DNA from: Alphaproteobacteria bacterium
GTDB lineage: Bacteria; Pseudomonadota; Alphaproteobacteria; Rs-D84
Direction of reading: 5' to 3'
Length of the DNA stretch: 64,000 nucleotides
NCBI GenBank assembly: GCA_017528045.1
Contig: JAFXPG010000002.1
Location: 1,516-65,515, forward strand
The notes under the pieces are model-generated. The model worked only from the letters and a program-made list of their open reading frames with translations. It searched no databases and was not told the origin of the DNA. Both the position numbers and the translations under genes were made by a program. Below are positions 41,793 to 52,652 of this stretch, piece after piece; position 1 is the stretch's first letter, and the number at the start of each line of letters is the position of its first letter.

Positions 41793-42532
41793 TTTTTATA
41801 CCTTTGTTCAGATTTTAAAAGACTTTGTTCATTTTTAGGTATTGGACCATCATAAGTTACATGTCCATCATAAATATGAATAATACGATTTGCATATTGA
41901 GCTATTTCAAATTCATGTGTAATGATAATTATTGTTATACCCATATCTGTGTTTAATTTTTTAAAAAATTTTAAAATTTCATTTCCCATTTTTGAATCTA
42001 AAGATCCTGTTGGTTCATCTGCCAGAATTAATTTTGGGTTACCAGATAAAGCACGTGCAATTGCAACCCTTTGTTTCATACCCCCAGATAATTGTGTAGG
42101 TAAATAACTTTCAAATTTTTCCAAACCAACTAAAGATAACATTTCGTGAGCTCGTTTATTTCTGTCATTTATTGATATGCCACGATACATCAAAGGTAAC
42201 ATCACATTGTCTAAAATATTTCTTTTTGGTAACAAATTGAAATTTTGAAATACAAAACCAATATATTCATTTCTTATTGTTGCCAAATCATCAGGTGATA
42301 AAGTTGATATATCTTTGCCATATAATTCATATGTTCCAGAACTGGCGGTATCTAATGCACCGATTATATTCATACAAGTGGATTTTCCTGATCCAGATGG
42401 CCCCATAATTGCGACAAATTCACCGGATTTTATATCAAAAGTAATATCAAATAAAACCTGTTGAATTCCCCCTATTTCCAAAGGAAATTGTTTACAAATC
42501 TTATTTAAGAAAACTACTGATGGTTTATTCAT
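41789..42532 (-). CDS. ABC transporter ATP-binding protein (MacB/LolD-like)
   Basis: Walker A GPSGSGKST, signature LSGGMKQRVAIARAL and Walker B LILADEPT. Start set at MNKPSVV to avoid overlap with the adaptor gene. Confidence 0.85.
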   Translation of the reverse strand: MNKPSVVFLNKICKQFPLEIGGIQQVLFDITFDIKSGEFVAIMGPSGSGKSTCMNIIGALDTASSGTYELYGKDISTLSPDDLATIRNEYIGFVFQNFNLLPKRNILDNVMLPLMYRGISINDRNKRAHEMLSLVGLEKFESYLPTQLSGGMKQRVAIARALSGNPKLILADEPTGSLDSKMGNEILKFFKKLNTDMGITIIIITHEFEIAQYANRIIHIYDGHVTYDGPIPKNEQSLLKSEQRYKK

Positions 42533-42533
42533 T

Positions 42534-43727
42534 TTACATTCTTGGTCCACCGCGAATATCGCTTTTATTTGTTGATTTTTGACCGATATATCCAATTATG
42601 ATTTTATCATTTGGTTGTATTTCATCTGATATTATTTGTGTTTCTGTTGGGGTTATAAGGCCTTTTTTATAAGGAACAAAAATAATGTCTTTGTTTCGTT
42701 TTATTGCAATATGTGTTGCAGGAGTTACGTTTTCTGGGACATTTTCAAATATGTTTTTATATGTGCGGTTTAGTAAACCAGAATTTTTTGTTTTAAAAAT
42801 ATTTTTTGCTTCAGCTACAACGACTGTTACAAAAGCTGTCATTCCAGGCATTAATTTTAAATCAGAATTATCGACATCTATAACAACTGTATAAACAACA
42901 ACATTTGAAACATTTGTTGGTGATAATCTTATTTGCTGAACGTTACCTGTAAAAGTTTGATTTGGATAAGCATCAACAGTAAAAGTAACCGGTAAACCTT
43001 CTTTTATCATACCAATATCAGCTTCTGATATAGCTGTTTCTATCTGCATTTTTGACAAATCTTCGGCTATTTCAAATAAATCTGGTGTTTGAAAAGAAGC
43101 TGCAACTGTTTGACCTTTATCTACTTTACGGGAAATAACAGTTCCATTTACAGGAGAAGTAATTGTTGCATATCCCAGATTTGTTAAAGCACGATCATAA
43201 GAATATTGTGCTTTGTTAACAGCTTGTTCTGCTTGTTCATAAGTTGTTAAAGATTTTTCCATCTCAGCACGAGAAATAAAACCATCATTATATAAAGATT
43301 TATTTCTTTTATATTCACTTTCAAAATATTTTAATTCTGATTTAGCAGAATCAAGAGATGCTTTTGCTTCATCAACTGTTGATTGTAAAACAGATGGTTC
43401 GATTGTTAATAATTTATCACCTTTTTTTACATGAGAATTAAAATCTACAAAAATATCTTCTATGGTGCCAGAAACTTGGGATCCAACATTAACAGTATTT
43501 ACTGGTTGAATTTCTCCGCTGGCAGTAACTTGTTGAATGATGTCACCACGTGATATATCCATAGTTATATATTCTTTTTTATTGCCAAATATTTTTGGAT
43601 ACAGCCACCAAGATAAAATAATAAGAATAATTATTAAAATTAAAACCAACCATTTGTTACGCCAAATCCACCAAAAAAATCTTTTGATAAAAGAAGGCTT
43701 TTTTATAAATGTTTCTTCGTTTGTCAT
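42534..43727 (-). CDS. HlyD/MacA-family periplasmic adaptor (membrane fusion protein)
   Basis: N-terminal TM anchor, coiled-coil hairpin and barrel-sandwich layout. Confidence 0.75.
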   Translation of the reverse strand: MTNEETFIKKPSFIKRFFWWIWRNKWLVLILIIILIILSWWLYPKIFGNKKEYITMDISRGDIIQQVTASGEIQPVNTVNVGSQVSGTIEDIFVDFNSHVKKGDKLLTIEPSVLQSTVDEAKASLDSAKSELKYFESEYKRNKSLYNDGFISRAEMEKSLTTYEQAEQAVNKAQYSYDRALTNLGYATITSPVNGTVISRKVDKGQTVAASFQTPDLFEIAEDLSKMQIETAISEADIGMIKEGLPVTFTVDAYPNQTFTGNVQQIRLSPTNVSNVVVYTVVIDVDNSDLKLMPGMTAFVTVVVAEAKNIFKTKNSGLLNRTYKNIFENVPENVTPATHIAIKRNKDIIFVPYKKGLITPTETQIISDEIQPNDKIIIGYIGQKSTNKSDIRGGPRM

Positions 43728-45046
43728 TTATTGTCCTTTAGCCCTGATTTTATGTCGCCTATTGCTAATGCAACAGATGCACGTTTTATAAATAAATCGT
43801 ATTTAGCAGCGTTGTTTTGTTTCTGGGCATCTGCTAATTCTGATTGTGCTGTTAACCAATCTAACATAGTTGCTCGACCTACTTTATACATCCCAGATGT
43901 TACGCGTTCTGTTTCTGTTGCTGATTTTAAAAGTGTTTCAGATTGGTCAAGAATAGTTTTTGCTGTTTTATAATTTTGATATGCGCTGAAAACATCTAAC
44001 ATTGCATCGTCTGTTAAAGATTCTTGTGAATATTTAATGCTTTCATAATCTGATTTTGCAGATCGTGCTTTATATATATTTGAAAAACCAGTGAATATAG
44101 GCATAGAAACAGATACACCAACACTTCCGTTTACTTTCGTAGACATATGTTCAAACATTCCATCCATGGTTTTGTCATTAAGATTTGCTGTGCCGTGTAC
44201 AGAAAAAGATGGTAAATTTTTTAAAAAAGCACTGTTTTTACGATGCCATGCAGCACTGGTTTGAGCATTTGCTTTTAATAAGTCAGGTCTTTTTTTACGT
44301 GCAATTGATATTAATTCTTCTATGTTTTCTAATTCTGTATCAGAACCAAAACTTGCAGGCATATCTTTTATTTTTATTTCTTCTGAAGCAGGAAAAGATA
44401 TTGTATTTAACAAATTCCCTTTTGTAATTTCACGATTATTTTTTGCGCGTTCTAAAGATAATTTAGATGATGCTAATGTTGTATCTGCTTTGTAAACATC
44501 AGCTTTTGCTACGGCACCGGATTTATATTTTTTATCTGCTGTATCTTTAGCTGTTTGTGCAACAGTCAATGCTGATTGTGCAGATTTTACGTTTGCATCA
44601 GCTGTTAATAATTCATAATAAGCACCTATTATAGAAAATATAAAATTTTGAATTGTTTCATCATAATCAAATCCGGCAGCACGATAAATTGCCAAACTTT
44701 CAGCAAAATCAGATTCGCGTTTTCCAAAATCAAAAATTAAATAAGATGCAGATAAAGATGCACTGTAATTCCAATCGTCGTGTTCTGTGTGATTTCTGTT
44801 GCCATCAACTGATCCTGTTACTGTTGGTAAATAATATGAATGTGCAGCGTTTTTTGTAAATCTGGCGGATTGCAAAGAAGAATAAGCAGATGCGGTTCTT
44901 GGATTGCGACATAAACCAAGGTTTATGACTTCTTGTAAAGTTAAATCATGTTTTGGTAAATGTCTTATAGTGGCACAATTTTCTGATGCTAAAACACTTC
45001 CAGGAACACAAAATAAACAATAAATAAAAATTTTAATATTTTTCAC
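43724..45046 (-). CDS. TolC-family outer membrane efflux protein
   Basis: Signal peptide MKNIKIFIYCLFCVPGSVLA, about 440 aa with two repeated alpha-helical/beta halves. First gene of the adaptor-ATPase-permease operon. Confidence 0.7.
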   Translation of the reverse strand: MKNIKIFIYCLFCVPGSVLASENCATIRHLPKHDLTLQEVINLGLCRNPRTASAYSSLQSARFTKNAAHSYYLPTVTGSVDGNRNHTEHDDWNYSASLSASYLIFDFGKRESDFAESLAIYRAAGFDYDETIQNFIFSIIGAYYELLTADANVKSAQSALTVAQTAKDTADKKYKSGAVAKADVYKADTTLASSKLSLERAKNNREITKGNLLNTISFPASEEIKIKDMPASFGSDTELENIEELISIARKKRPDLLKANAQTSAAWHRKNSAFLKNLPSFSVHGTANLNDKTMDGMFEHMSTKVNGSVGVSVSMPIFTGFSNIYKARSAKSDYESIKYSQESLTDDAMLDVFSAYQNYKTAKTILDQSETLLKSATETERVTSGMYKVGRATMLDWLTAQSELADAQKQNNAAKYDLFIKRASVALAIGDIKSGLKDNK

Positions 45047-45176
45047 TATTAATCCATTTTTTTGATAATTTTAATCTTTTATATGCCTAAAAAACATCGG
45101 AACGAATTCTTTTAGCTTGAATGATATTTTTATGTTGAAATCATATATTTTTTTGCTTAATATAGCCTTACGTGAA

Positions 45177-45250
45177 GGCCAGGTGGCAGAGTGGTTATGC
45201 AGAGGACTGCAAATCCTTGGATGCCGGTTCGATTCCGACCCTGGCCTCCA
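45177..45250 (+). tRNA. tRNA-Cys (anticodon GCA)
   Basis: GGCCAGGTGGCAGAGTGGTTATGC...CTGCAAA...GGTTCGATTCC...CCTGGCCTCCA. Confidence 0.8.
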
Positions 45251-45259
45251 AATTTAAAA

Positions 45260-46348
45260 ATGATAAATCAAATCACTATTTCAAATTTCAGAAATCATAT
45301 TTGTTCCAGAATAAGAACAAATGGTTGTAAAAATGTTATTATTACTGGTTCTAATGGTGCTGGTAAAACAGCTGTATTAGAAGCAGTTTCTTTGTTGTCT
45401 GGTGAACGTGGTTTGCGTGGTGCGGATATACAAAATTTATCAAGATTTGATGGTGATGGCGGTTTTTCTGTATTTGCATCAACAAATGATGATACAGATT
45501 TATGTGTTTATTTAAATTCTGGGGAAACAAATAGACGTGCAAAAATAGATAATGAAAATGCGTCTTTGTCTGATTTAGCTAGGTTTTTACGTATTATTTG
45601 GCTGACGCCTAAAGAAGACAGAATTTTTGTTGAATCTGCATCAGATAGAAGATCTTTTTTTGATAGATTAGCGGCCAGTTTTGAACCTGCTCATATCGGA
45701 CGGTTAACACGTTTGAATAAATTAATGTCTGAACGTGGGGGGGCAATAAAATCTGGTGCTGATAAAAATTGGTTAGATGTTTTAGATAAACAGATTGCTT
45801 CTACGGCCATAGCTATAGCGGCAGAACGTATAAGATATGCATCAGAATTGAATTATTTTTTTGAAAATGGTGCTGTTTCTGTTAATGGTATGGTTGAAAA
45901 ATTGATTGTCGAAAATACTGTTACAAATGCAGAAATTTTATATTTTGAATATTTACAAAATAACCGTGATTTAACCGGTGATAAAATGGTTATAGATGGG
46001 GTTCATAAGTCTGATTTTGGGGTTTTTAATAAAATTTTAAATTTACCAGCCTATATAACCAGTACAGGTCAACAAAAATCAATATTAATAGATTTAATTT
46101 TGGCTCATACTAAATTGGTTCATGTCAGAACAAAACAAAATATTTTAATTTTATTAGATGAAGCTATTGCTCATTTAGATGAATCTGCAAGAACTAAATT
46201 ATTTAAAGATTTAAATGATTCGGATGCTCAAGTATGGGCTACAGGAATAGATGAAAATGCTTTTAAAAATATTCCAAATGCTGTATTTGTTACTTGCCAA
46301 AATGGATCAATAAGTAATATAGTTGTATCGGAGAAAACAAATGCATAA
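45260..46348 (+). CDS. recF: DNA replication and repair protein RecF
   Basis: Walker A ITGSNGAGKTAVLEA and the SMC-like signature region are present. Start reassigned to MINQITISNF, downstream of the tRNA. Confidence 0.85.
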   Translation: MINQITISNFRNHICSRIRTNGCKNVIITGSNGAGKTAVLEAVSLLSGERGLRGADIQNLSRFDGDGGFSVFASTNDDTDLCVYLNSGETNRRAKIDNENASLSDLARFLRIIWLTPKEDRIFVESASDRRSFFDRLAASFEPAHIGRLTRLNKLMSERGGAIKSGADKNWLDVLDKQIASTAIAIAAERIRYASELNYFFENGAVSVNGMVEKLIVENTVTNAEILYFEYLQNNRDLTGDKMVIDGVHKSDFGVFNKILNLPAYITSTGQQKSILIDLILAHTKLVHVRTKQNILILLDEAIAHLDESARTKLFKDLNDSDAQVWATGIDENAFKNIPNAVFVTCQNGSISNIVVSEKTNA

Positions 46349-46808
46349 CATAGATTATCAACAATTATTGGATAACGCATTAAAATCTGTTGTCAAAGAA
46401 GCATTGATTTATGCTCAATTTAATGGTTTGGGTGATAATGCTGGATTTTTTATTACATTTAAAACACGTGATCCTGGGGTTGTATTACCAGATTTTTTAA
46501 AGATAAGATATCCTGATGTTATGACGATTGTTTTACAATATTCATATAATAATTTAAATGTTTCGGATAAAGAATTTGGGGTACAGTTAACTTTTGATGG
46601 ACGTCCATTTTTTATACGTGTCCCTTTTTCTGCATTGGTTGAATTTAAAGATCCTTCGACTGAATTTATGTTATCATTTCATCCAAAACAAACACAAACA
46701 ACAGCAGATAATGATATAGAATTACCATTGGAAGAAAAACCTGGTTCTGTACCAGATGATAAAAGAATAGTTTCTTTGGATGAATTTAGAAAGAACAGAA
46801 AGTTATAA
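46341..46808 (+). CDS. sspB: ClpXP adaptor SspB (alphaproteobacterial type)
   Basis: ...PGVVLPDFLKIRYPDVMTIVLQ...FIRVPFSALVEFKDPS...IVSLDEFRKNRK matches Caulobacter-type SspB, including the C-terminal ClpX-binding tail. Confidence 0.75.
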   Translation: MHNIDYQQLLDNALKSVVKEALIYAQFNGLGDNAGFFITFKTRDPGVVLPDFLKIRYPDVMTIVLQYSYNNLNVSDKEFGVQLTFDGRPFFIRVPFSALVEFKDPSTEFMLSFHPKQTQTTADNDIELPLEEKPGSVPDDKRIVSLDEFRKNRKL

Positions 46809-46838
46809 AAAAATACCGGCATTTGCCGGTATTTTTTA
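46807..46838. terminator. Palindromic terminator element copy (AAAAAATACCGGCATTTGCCGGTATTTTTTA)
   Basis: Repeat family member between convergent sspB and rpsO, overlapping both stop codons. Confidence 0.7.
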
Positions 46839-47108
46839 TTTACGCAGACCCAATTTTTTAATCAAATCTTCGTATTCAGAAGCATCATTCATTTTGATGT
46901 ATTTCAACAATTTCTTGCGACGATTAACCATCAATAACAAACCACGTTTTGAATGTTCATCTTTGTGATTTGCTTTCATGTGTTCTGTTAAATTGCGAAT
47001 ACGTTCTGTTAAAACAGCAACTTGAGAAGCGGCAGAACCACCGTTATCATGTTCGCTGGTTTTGAACGCAGCGATCAATTCGCTTTTCTTTTCTTTTGTA
47101 ATGGACAT
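46836..47108 (-). CDS. rpsO: 30S ribosomal protein S15
   Basis: ...[50 protein letters not shown] matches S15. Confidence 0.9.
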   Translation of the reverse strand: MSITKEKKSELIAAFKTSEHDNGGSAASQVAVLTERIRNLTEHMKANHKDEHSKRGLLLMVNRRKKLLKYIKMNDASEYEDLIKKLGLRK

Positions 47109-47122
47109 TGTTCATCCTTTGT

Positions 47123-47992
47123 TTAAAGAGTTCTTATTGGGCAAAGCATACCGTTTTTTACGCATCCTATACCAATAAATGTTTTATTGTTGTAAACACG
47201 CACTTTTTCGTATGTTTTGTCGGTTTTGATAAATCCACCGTTTTTATAAAAAGCAGTATCTTTATCGTCCAAATTGATTACCGGAATGTCCCCCAGCGCA
47301 CAATCTGGTGCCATCAAATATTTCATGACAGCATCACTATTATTAACCAGATTTTCCAAAAAATCAAGTTTTACAGCATTTTTTACATCAAACCCATTTG
47401 TTTTTGTTCTTCGTATATATGTTGTTGTCGCTGTTGTGTCACAAATTTTTGCTATATCCCGAACTATGGAACGAACATATGTACCACGCGAACAAATAAC
47501 ACGAAAATTAAAATTATCGTCTGTTTTACCGGTAAATTCTAATTCATAAATTACTATTGGACGAGATTTTATTTCGATTTGTTCACCAGATCTTGCTAAT
47601 TCATATGCCCTTTTCCCATTTACATGAACAGCTGAAAAATTTGGTGGAATTTGTTCAATATTACCTGTTAACTTTTTACATGCTTCTATAATTTTTGAAT
47701 CTGATGGTTTTTTACCGGCTTTTTTGACAATTTTACCGGTAATATCTAAGGAATCTGTTTCTATACCAAAACGCAAACCAAACAAATATTCTTTTTTGTT
47801 TTCTTGGTGTTCTTCTATAAAAGGAATCATTTTTGTAGCGTTTCCAATAGCTATTGGTAAAACACCGCTGGCCATTGGGTCAAGTGTTCCTATGTGTCCA
47901 AATTTTTTTTCACCAAATATTTTTGCAATATGCCAACCAGCTGTTCTGCTGAACAGACCTGAATCTTTATCTAAGATAATGAATCCGTCCAT
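47123..47992 (-). CDS. truB: tRNA pseudouridine(55) synthase TruB
   Basis: GFIILDKDSGLFSRT...GHIGTLDPMASGVLPIAIG with the catalytic Asp motif. Confidence 0.9.
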   Translation of the reverse strand: MDGFIILDKDSGLFSRTAGWHIAKIFGEKKFGHIGTLDPMASGVLPIAIGNATKMIPFIEEHQENKKEYLFGLRFGIETDSLDITGKIVKKAGKKPSDSKIIEACKKLTGNIEQIPPNFSAVHVNGKRAYELARSGEQIEIKSRPIVIYELEFTGKTDDNFNFRVICSRGTYVRSIVRDIAKICDTTATTTYIRRTKTNGFDVKNAVKLDFLENLVNNSDAVMKYLMAPDCALGDIPVINLDDKDTAFYKNGGFIKTDKTYEKVRVYNNKTFIGIGCVKNGMLCPIRTL

Positions 47993-47994
47993 TT

Positions 47995-50502
47995 TTATCC
48001 AAATAATGATAATTGTGATTTAGATTTTGGTTCTTCTATAACTGGTTTTACAGATGTTTTTTTTGTCGTTTTATCATTTTGAACATCTGTATCAGATTCC
48101 AGATTTGATAAAACTTGTTCTGCACGTTGAACGACACTTTCTGGCATTCCTGCCATTTTAGCAACAGCTATACCATAAGAACGGTTTGCTACACCTGGTA
48201 TAATTTTGTGTAAGAAAACTATGTCATTGTTATGTTCACGAACATCAATTGTTAAACATGATACATGTGATAATTTTTCGTCATTAACTAATTTTGTTAA
48301 TTCGTGGTAATGTGTTGCAAACAATGTGCGTGGTGTCAAATTGTTTAAATATTCTAAAACAGCCTGAGCAATTGCCATTCCGTCAAAAGTTGATGTTCCG
48401 CGCCCTATTTCATCAAATATGATAAAAGATTGTTTTGTTGCACGATTTAATATGTTTGCGGTTTCAACCATTTCTACCATAAATGTAGATTGTCCTGCTG
48501 CTAAATTATCAGAAGCACCAACACGACTGAATAATTGGTCACAAATACCAATTTTTGCTGAAACAGCTGGAACAAAAGATCCAAGATGTGCCAATACCAC
48601 CAATATAGCATTTTGACGTAAATATGTAGATTTACCAGCCATGTTTGGTCCGGTTAGCAAAGCTATTTCTTTATCAGTTAAATTACAATCGTTTTTAACG
48701 AAATTATTTCCATTATGTCGCAAAACATATTCTATTACCGGATGTCGACCACCAACAATATTAAATTCATTGTTTGTAGTTATTTCCGGGCGAACCCAAG
48801 AATACAAATCAGAAATAACAGCCAAAGATAGCCATACATCCAAATCTGCTATTAAATCAGCAGTATTCATTAAATCGTCAGATATGTTTTTAATCTTTTC
48901 TATCAAAGAATTTATAATATCGTTTTCTATTGCAGATGCTTTTTCAGATGCACTGCGTATATCATTGTCTAAATCAATTAATTTCTCTGTTGTGAAACGC
49001 ATGTTTCCGGCCATTGTTTGACGATGTATAAAACCTGATTCCGGATTCATTAAAATATCAGCACGAGAAGATGGAACTTCTATGAAATATCCTAAAATAT
49101 TATTATATTTTATTTTTAATGTGTTTATGTTCGTTTCGTTTATATATTGTGCTTGTAATTCTGCAATAGTTTCCATTGCTCCGTTTGATAAATTACGCAT
49201 CTTATCCAAAGATAAATCAAAACCGTTTTTTATTACATTTCCATCACGGAAAAATGTTGGTAATTCTTCGTTTAATGCAGAATCTAATTCTTGAGCAAAA
49301 GAATCATGTGTATTTATATTTTTAAATTTTTCAGATAATTGATAATCTAATTTATCACCCAATAAACGAACAGAATCTAAAATAGATAAAAATTCAGATA
49401 TATTTCGCATATCTCGTGGTGTTCCGCGTCCTGATAGCAAACGAGATAATGCACGATTAACATCTGGAATTCTGGATAAAGTAACACCGATTTCAGCCAT
49501 CAAAGAATGGTTTAATAACAAATGACCAATATGATCTTGTCTTGCTTCTATGATTTCTTTATCGGCGGGTAATGTGCGTAAATAAGAACGTAATTTACGG
49601 GCACCAAATGCAGTTTTTGTGTTATCTATTACATCCAGTAAACATGTGCCACCATCATTGATAGGTGCATCTATTTCCAAACTTTTCCATGTTGCAGAAT
49701 CTATAATTAATTGACGTCCAGATTTAAAATTATATGGTGCACGAAAAGATATATTTGCACCACGTTGTGTGTTAAATAAATATCCAGCTAATAAAGTTAT
49801 GGCAGATGCAATATTAGGATTTTGTGATTCTACATTGCCACTGAATACACGTGATACAATTAAATTGATATCAGAACGAATATATAATTTTTCATATACA
49901 GGTGTTGTTTTATATATATCACGTAAATTTTTGATAATTTGGTTTTCTGCATCTTTTTCAGGATAAATTATTTCTGCTGGATTTATACGAATCATATCAT
50001 CAACAATACAATCAGAAGAACCTGTGAAAAATTCACCAGTAGAAATATCGCAACCAGCTATATCAAAATTTGCACCAGATAAAGGAACTATTGATATTAA
50101 AAAATTAGATTTTTTCGGAGTTAATAAATTTTCGTCTGTTAACGTACCAGGGGTTAAAACACGAACAACTTGTCTTTCTATAAATGTATGACCACGCTGT
50201 TTTGCCTGCGCTGGCGTTTCCATTTGTTCAACCAAAGCAACTTTGTATCCAGATTTTACAAGACGACCAAAATAATTATCAGCAGCATGCCATGGAATGC
50301 CGCACATTGGAACGTTTTCACCAAAACCATCTGTACCACGATGTGTTAAAACTAAACTTAATGTTTCGCTGACAGTTTTAGCATCTTCAAAGAAAGCTTC
50401 ATAAAAATCCCCCAAGCGGAACATTAATAAAGCATCAGGATTTTCCGCTTTCATATCAACATATTGTTGCATCACAGGTGAAAGTTTGTTTTTTTCTGCC
50501 AT
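47995..50502 (-). CDS. mutS: DNA mismatch repair protein MutS
   Basis: N-terminal mismatch-binding motif TPVMQQY, Walker A LLTGPNMAGKSTYLRQ and about 835 aa. Confidence 0.9.
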   Translation of the reverse strand: MAEKNKLSPVMQQYVDMKAENPDALLMFRLGDFYEAFFEDAKTVSETLSLVLTHRGTDGFGENVPMCGIPWHAADNYFGRLVKSGYKVALVEQMETPAQAKQRGHTFIERQVVRVLTPGTLTDENLLTPKKSNFLISIVPLSGANFDIAGCDISTGEFFTGSSDCIVDDMIRINPAEIIYPEKDAENQIIKNLRDIYKTTPVYEKLYIRSDINLIVSRVFSGNVESQNPNIASAITLLAGYLFNTQRGANISFRAPYNFKSGRQLIIDSATWKSLEIDAPINDGGTCLLDVIDNTKTAFGARKLRSYLRTLPADKEIIEARQDHIGHLLLNHSLMAEIGVTLSRIPDVNRALSRLLSGRGTPRDMRNISEFLSILDSVRLLGDKLDYQLSEKFKNINTHDSFAQELDSALNEELPTFFRDGNVIKNGFDLSLDKMRNLSNGAMETIAELQAQYINETNINTLKIKYNNILGYFIEVPSSRADILMNPESGFIHRQTMAGNMRFTTEKLIDLDNDIRSASEKASAIENDIINSLIEKIKNISDDLMNTADLIADLDVWLSLAVISDLYSWVRPEITTNNEFNIVGGRHPVIEYVLRHNGNNFVKNDCNLTDKEIALLTGPNMAGKSTYLRQNAILVVLAHLGSFVPAVSAKIGICDQLFSRVGASDNLAAGQSTFMVEMVETANILNRATKQSFIIFDEIGRGTSTFDGMAIAQAVLEYLNNLTPRTLFATHYHELTKLVNDEKLSHVSCLTIDVREHNNDIVFLHKIIPGVANRSYGIAVAKMAGMPESVVQRAEQVLSNLESDTDVQNDKTTKKTSVKPVIEEPKSKSQLSLFG

Positions 50503-50508
50503 GTTTTT

Positions 50509-50712
50509 TTATTCTGCGCTAGTAGAAACTTTCAAAGTTTCAATTTTTAATTCGGCTTCTTTTAATAATTGTTCGCAATAAGCTTTTAATTTAATACCTT
50601 GTTCATATGCAGCAACAGAATCAGCCAAAGGCATTTGACCGGATTCCATTTTTTGAACCAATTCAGTTAATTGTTTATATGCTTCTTCAAAAGATAATTT
50701 ATTTGCATCCAT
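50509..50712 (-). CDS. xseB: Exodeoxyribonuclease VII small subunit
   Basis: LSFEEAYKQLTELVQKMESGQMPLADSVAAYEQGIKL is the XseB signature. Confidence 0.8.
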   Translation of the reverse strand: MDANKLSFEEAYKQLTELVQKMESGQMPLADSVAAYEQGIKLKAYCEQLLKEAELKIETLKVSTSAE

Positions 50713-50803
50713 ATCTTTCCCTTTTTATAGTGCTAAGATACTGCATAAAAATGATGTTTGCAAGAATTTATATGTATAAAAAAACCGCTTTTCGGCGGAA
50801 TTT

Positions 50804-51340
50804 TTATTTTGTTGGTGCAATTATTATTGATTTAGTTCTGTCATCTGGTTTAGATTTTGATTCCAGTGTTCCTTTGTCCCCAACCAATTCAACAATATGA
50901 GCAAATAATTGAGGTACTGCATCACGACCACGTGCTAAAACTTTCTTAGATCCATGTGTCATAACAGCTATTTTAACTTTATTGCCCTCTTCTAAAAATT
51001 CAAAAACTTTCTTTAATTTTATATTTAAATCGTTTTCTTCAATGAAAGGTTTTACCCAAACTTCTTTTAATTCGATTGTTTTTTGTTTTTTGCGTGCTTC
51101 ACTGGCACGTTTTTTTTGTTCGTATTTATATTTACCGTAATCCATCATTTTTACCAACACAGGTGTTGCATTGGCGTTTATTTCAACCAAATCTAATCCG
51201 GCATCTTCTGCCATACTTAATGCAGTTGCAGTTTCCATAACACCCAAGTTTTGGCCATCTTGACTGATAACCTGGACAGATTTAGCAAATATTTTTTCAT
51301 TCATACGTGGGCCCATATCACGGCCTTTGTTACTATTCAT
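50804..51340 (-). CDS. infC: Translation initiation factor IF-3
   Basis: ...VQVISQDGQNLGVMETATALSMAEDAGLDLVEINANATPVLVKMMDYGKYKYEQKK... matches the IF-3 N- and C-domains. The true start may be an upstream non-AUG codon. Confidence 0.85.
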   Translation of the reverse strand: MNSNKGRDMGPRMNEKIFAKSVQVISQDGQNLGVMETATALSMAEDAGLDLVEINANATPVLVKMMDYGKYKYEQKKRASEARKKQKTIELKEVWVKPFIEENDLNIKLKKVFEFLEEGNKVKIAVMTHGSKKVLARGRDAVPQLFAHIVELVGDKGTLESKSKPDDRTKSIIIAPTK

Positions 51341-51394
51341 ATTTGGTTTAATTGTTGTGCTCCTTTAATAATACAGGGGAATTATTAAATATTT

Positions 51395-52144
51395 TTATGC
51401 ATTTTTCAACATTTTTTGAACGTTTTGTAATGCGTTCCATACATCTCGTTTTGCACTTGGTTTTAAAATCAAATAATTTGGATGATACACTGGGATTACC
51501 GTATAGCCTGATTCTGTTTCAATTTCATTTCCATGCATAGATGTTAAGTTTATTTTACCAATTTCTTGTGCTGCCAATGTTCCGAAAGTTAAAATTACTT
51601 TGGGTTTTAACATTTCTATAATTTTATCTGTAAAGGGGCGAATTAAATCTAGTTCTTCTTTGTTTGGGCTTCTGCCACCCGGGGTTCGCCAAAAAACTAA
51701 TGGAATTATGGAAACAGATTCGCGCGACATATTAATAGCTGATAACATTTTATCTGTCATTTCACCTGCCATGCCTGATAATATATTGCCAGACAAGTCA
51801 TCATCTGTACTTGGTATATCTGTTATTATAAGTAAACCATTGGGTTTTGTTGCAATATTTGGCATAACAACATTGGTCGCACCATTTCGCAAAGGGTGGT
51901 TAAATTCACAAATCATACGTATCAAAGATTGTATATCATTTGGTCTGGCTACCATAGATTTTACTGTTTCTAATGTTATTGGTGCAGATGGAGCTATTAT
52001 CATAGGTTTGTCGTCTTGACGATTCGTTTGGGCAGAAAAACTTTGTTGAACAGGTGTTTTCTTCGTATTGTTTTTTGCCGGATTTTCGGTTATTTCCCAT
52101 TGAACACCAGCCATATTTAAATCTAATAACCCATTATTTCCCAT
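51395..52144 (-). CDS. Uracil-DNA glycosylase family 4-like protein with N-terminal extension
   Basis: C-terminal domain ...IPLVFWRTPGGRSPNKEE...VILTFGTLAAQ...IPVYHPNYLILKPSAKR resembles family-4 UDG motifs. Confidence 0.6.
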   Translation of the reverse strand: MGNNGLLDLNMAGVQWEITENPAKNNTKKTPVQQSFSAQTNRQDDKPMIIAPSAPITLETVKSMVARPNDIQSLIRMICEFNHPLRNGATNVVMPNIATKPNGLLIITDIPSTDDDLSGNILSGMAGEMTDKMLSAINMSRESVSIIPLVFWRTPGGRSPNKEELDLIRPFTDKIIEMLKPKVILTFGTLAAQEIGKINLTSMHGNEIETESGYTVIPVYHPNYLILKPSAKRDVWNALQNVQKMLKNA

Positions 52145-52218
52145 GTTTTATCCTTGCTTTTCAGTTGTTTTTAATATACAATATAACCTGAGCAACAAAA
52201 ACTCAAGGGAGTATTTTC

Positions 52219-52635
52219 ATGAAAGTATTAAATTTTGCTATGTTAGCTGGTGTTGCTGGATTGTTAGCATCTTGCGGAGGATCCAGTGTTGTTGAACCTG
52301 CTGATTTGAATAATCAACGTGTATTTTTTGCATATAATTCTGCAGAAATTTCTGAAGATGCAGAAAATAATTTGTTGGGTCAATCTTTGTATATGAAACA
52401 TCATGATGATGTTAAAGTACAAATTGCTGGTAACTGCGACGAACGTGGTTCTACAGAATACAATTTGGCTTTGGGTGCACGTCGTGCAAATGCTGCAAAG
52501 AAAGTATTAGTAAATGATGGTATTGATGCTTCTCGTATTTCTACTATCTCTTACGGTAAAGAACGTCCATTGGTACAAGGTACTGGTGAAAGCGTTTGGA
52601 AATACAATCGTAACGCAACAACAACAGTTAAATAA
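52219..52635 (+). CDS. pal: Peptidoglycan-associated lipoprotein (OmpA-family)
   Basis: Lipobox LLASC and the OmpA-like domain ...NCDERGSTEYNLALGARRANAAKKVLV. Confidence 0.8.
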   Translation: MKVLNFAMLAGVAGLLASCGGSSVVEPADLNNQRVFFAYNSAEISEDAENNLLGQSLYMKHHDDVKVQIAGNCDERGSTEYNLALGARRANAAKKVLVNDGIDASRISTISYGKERPLVQGTGESVWKYNRNATTTVK

Positions 52636-52652
52636 TGTAGCTTTTGTTATAT

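Noticed and set aside
40575-45046. Type I secretion system interpretation of the TolC / HlyD / ABC operon
   Set aside because: The ABC component is split into a small ATPase (about 246 aa) and an FtsX-type permease with a large periplasmic domain. That is the MacB/LolCDE architecture, not the fused ~600-700-aa exporter of a T1SS. It is called a MacAB-TolC-like efflux system.
45191-45259. N-terminal extension of recF (MVMQRTANPWMPVRFRPW...) given by the ORF track
   Set aside because: The extension is the in-frame read-through of tRNA-Cys (45177-45250). The start was reassigned to MINQITISNF at 45260.
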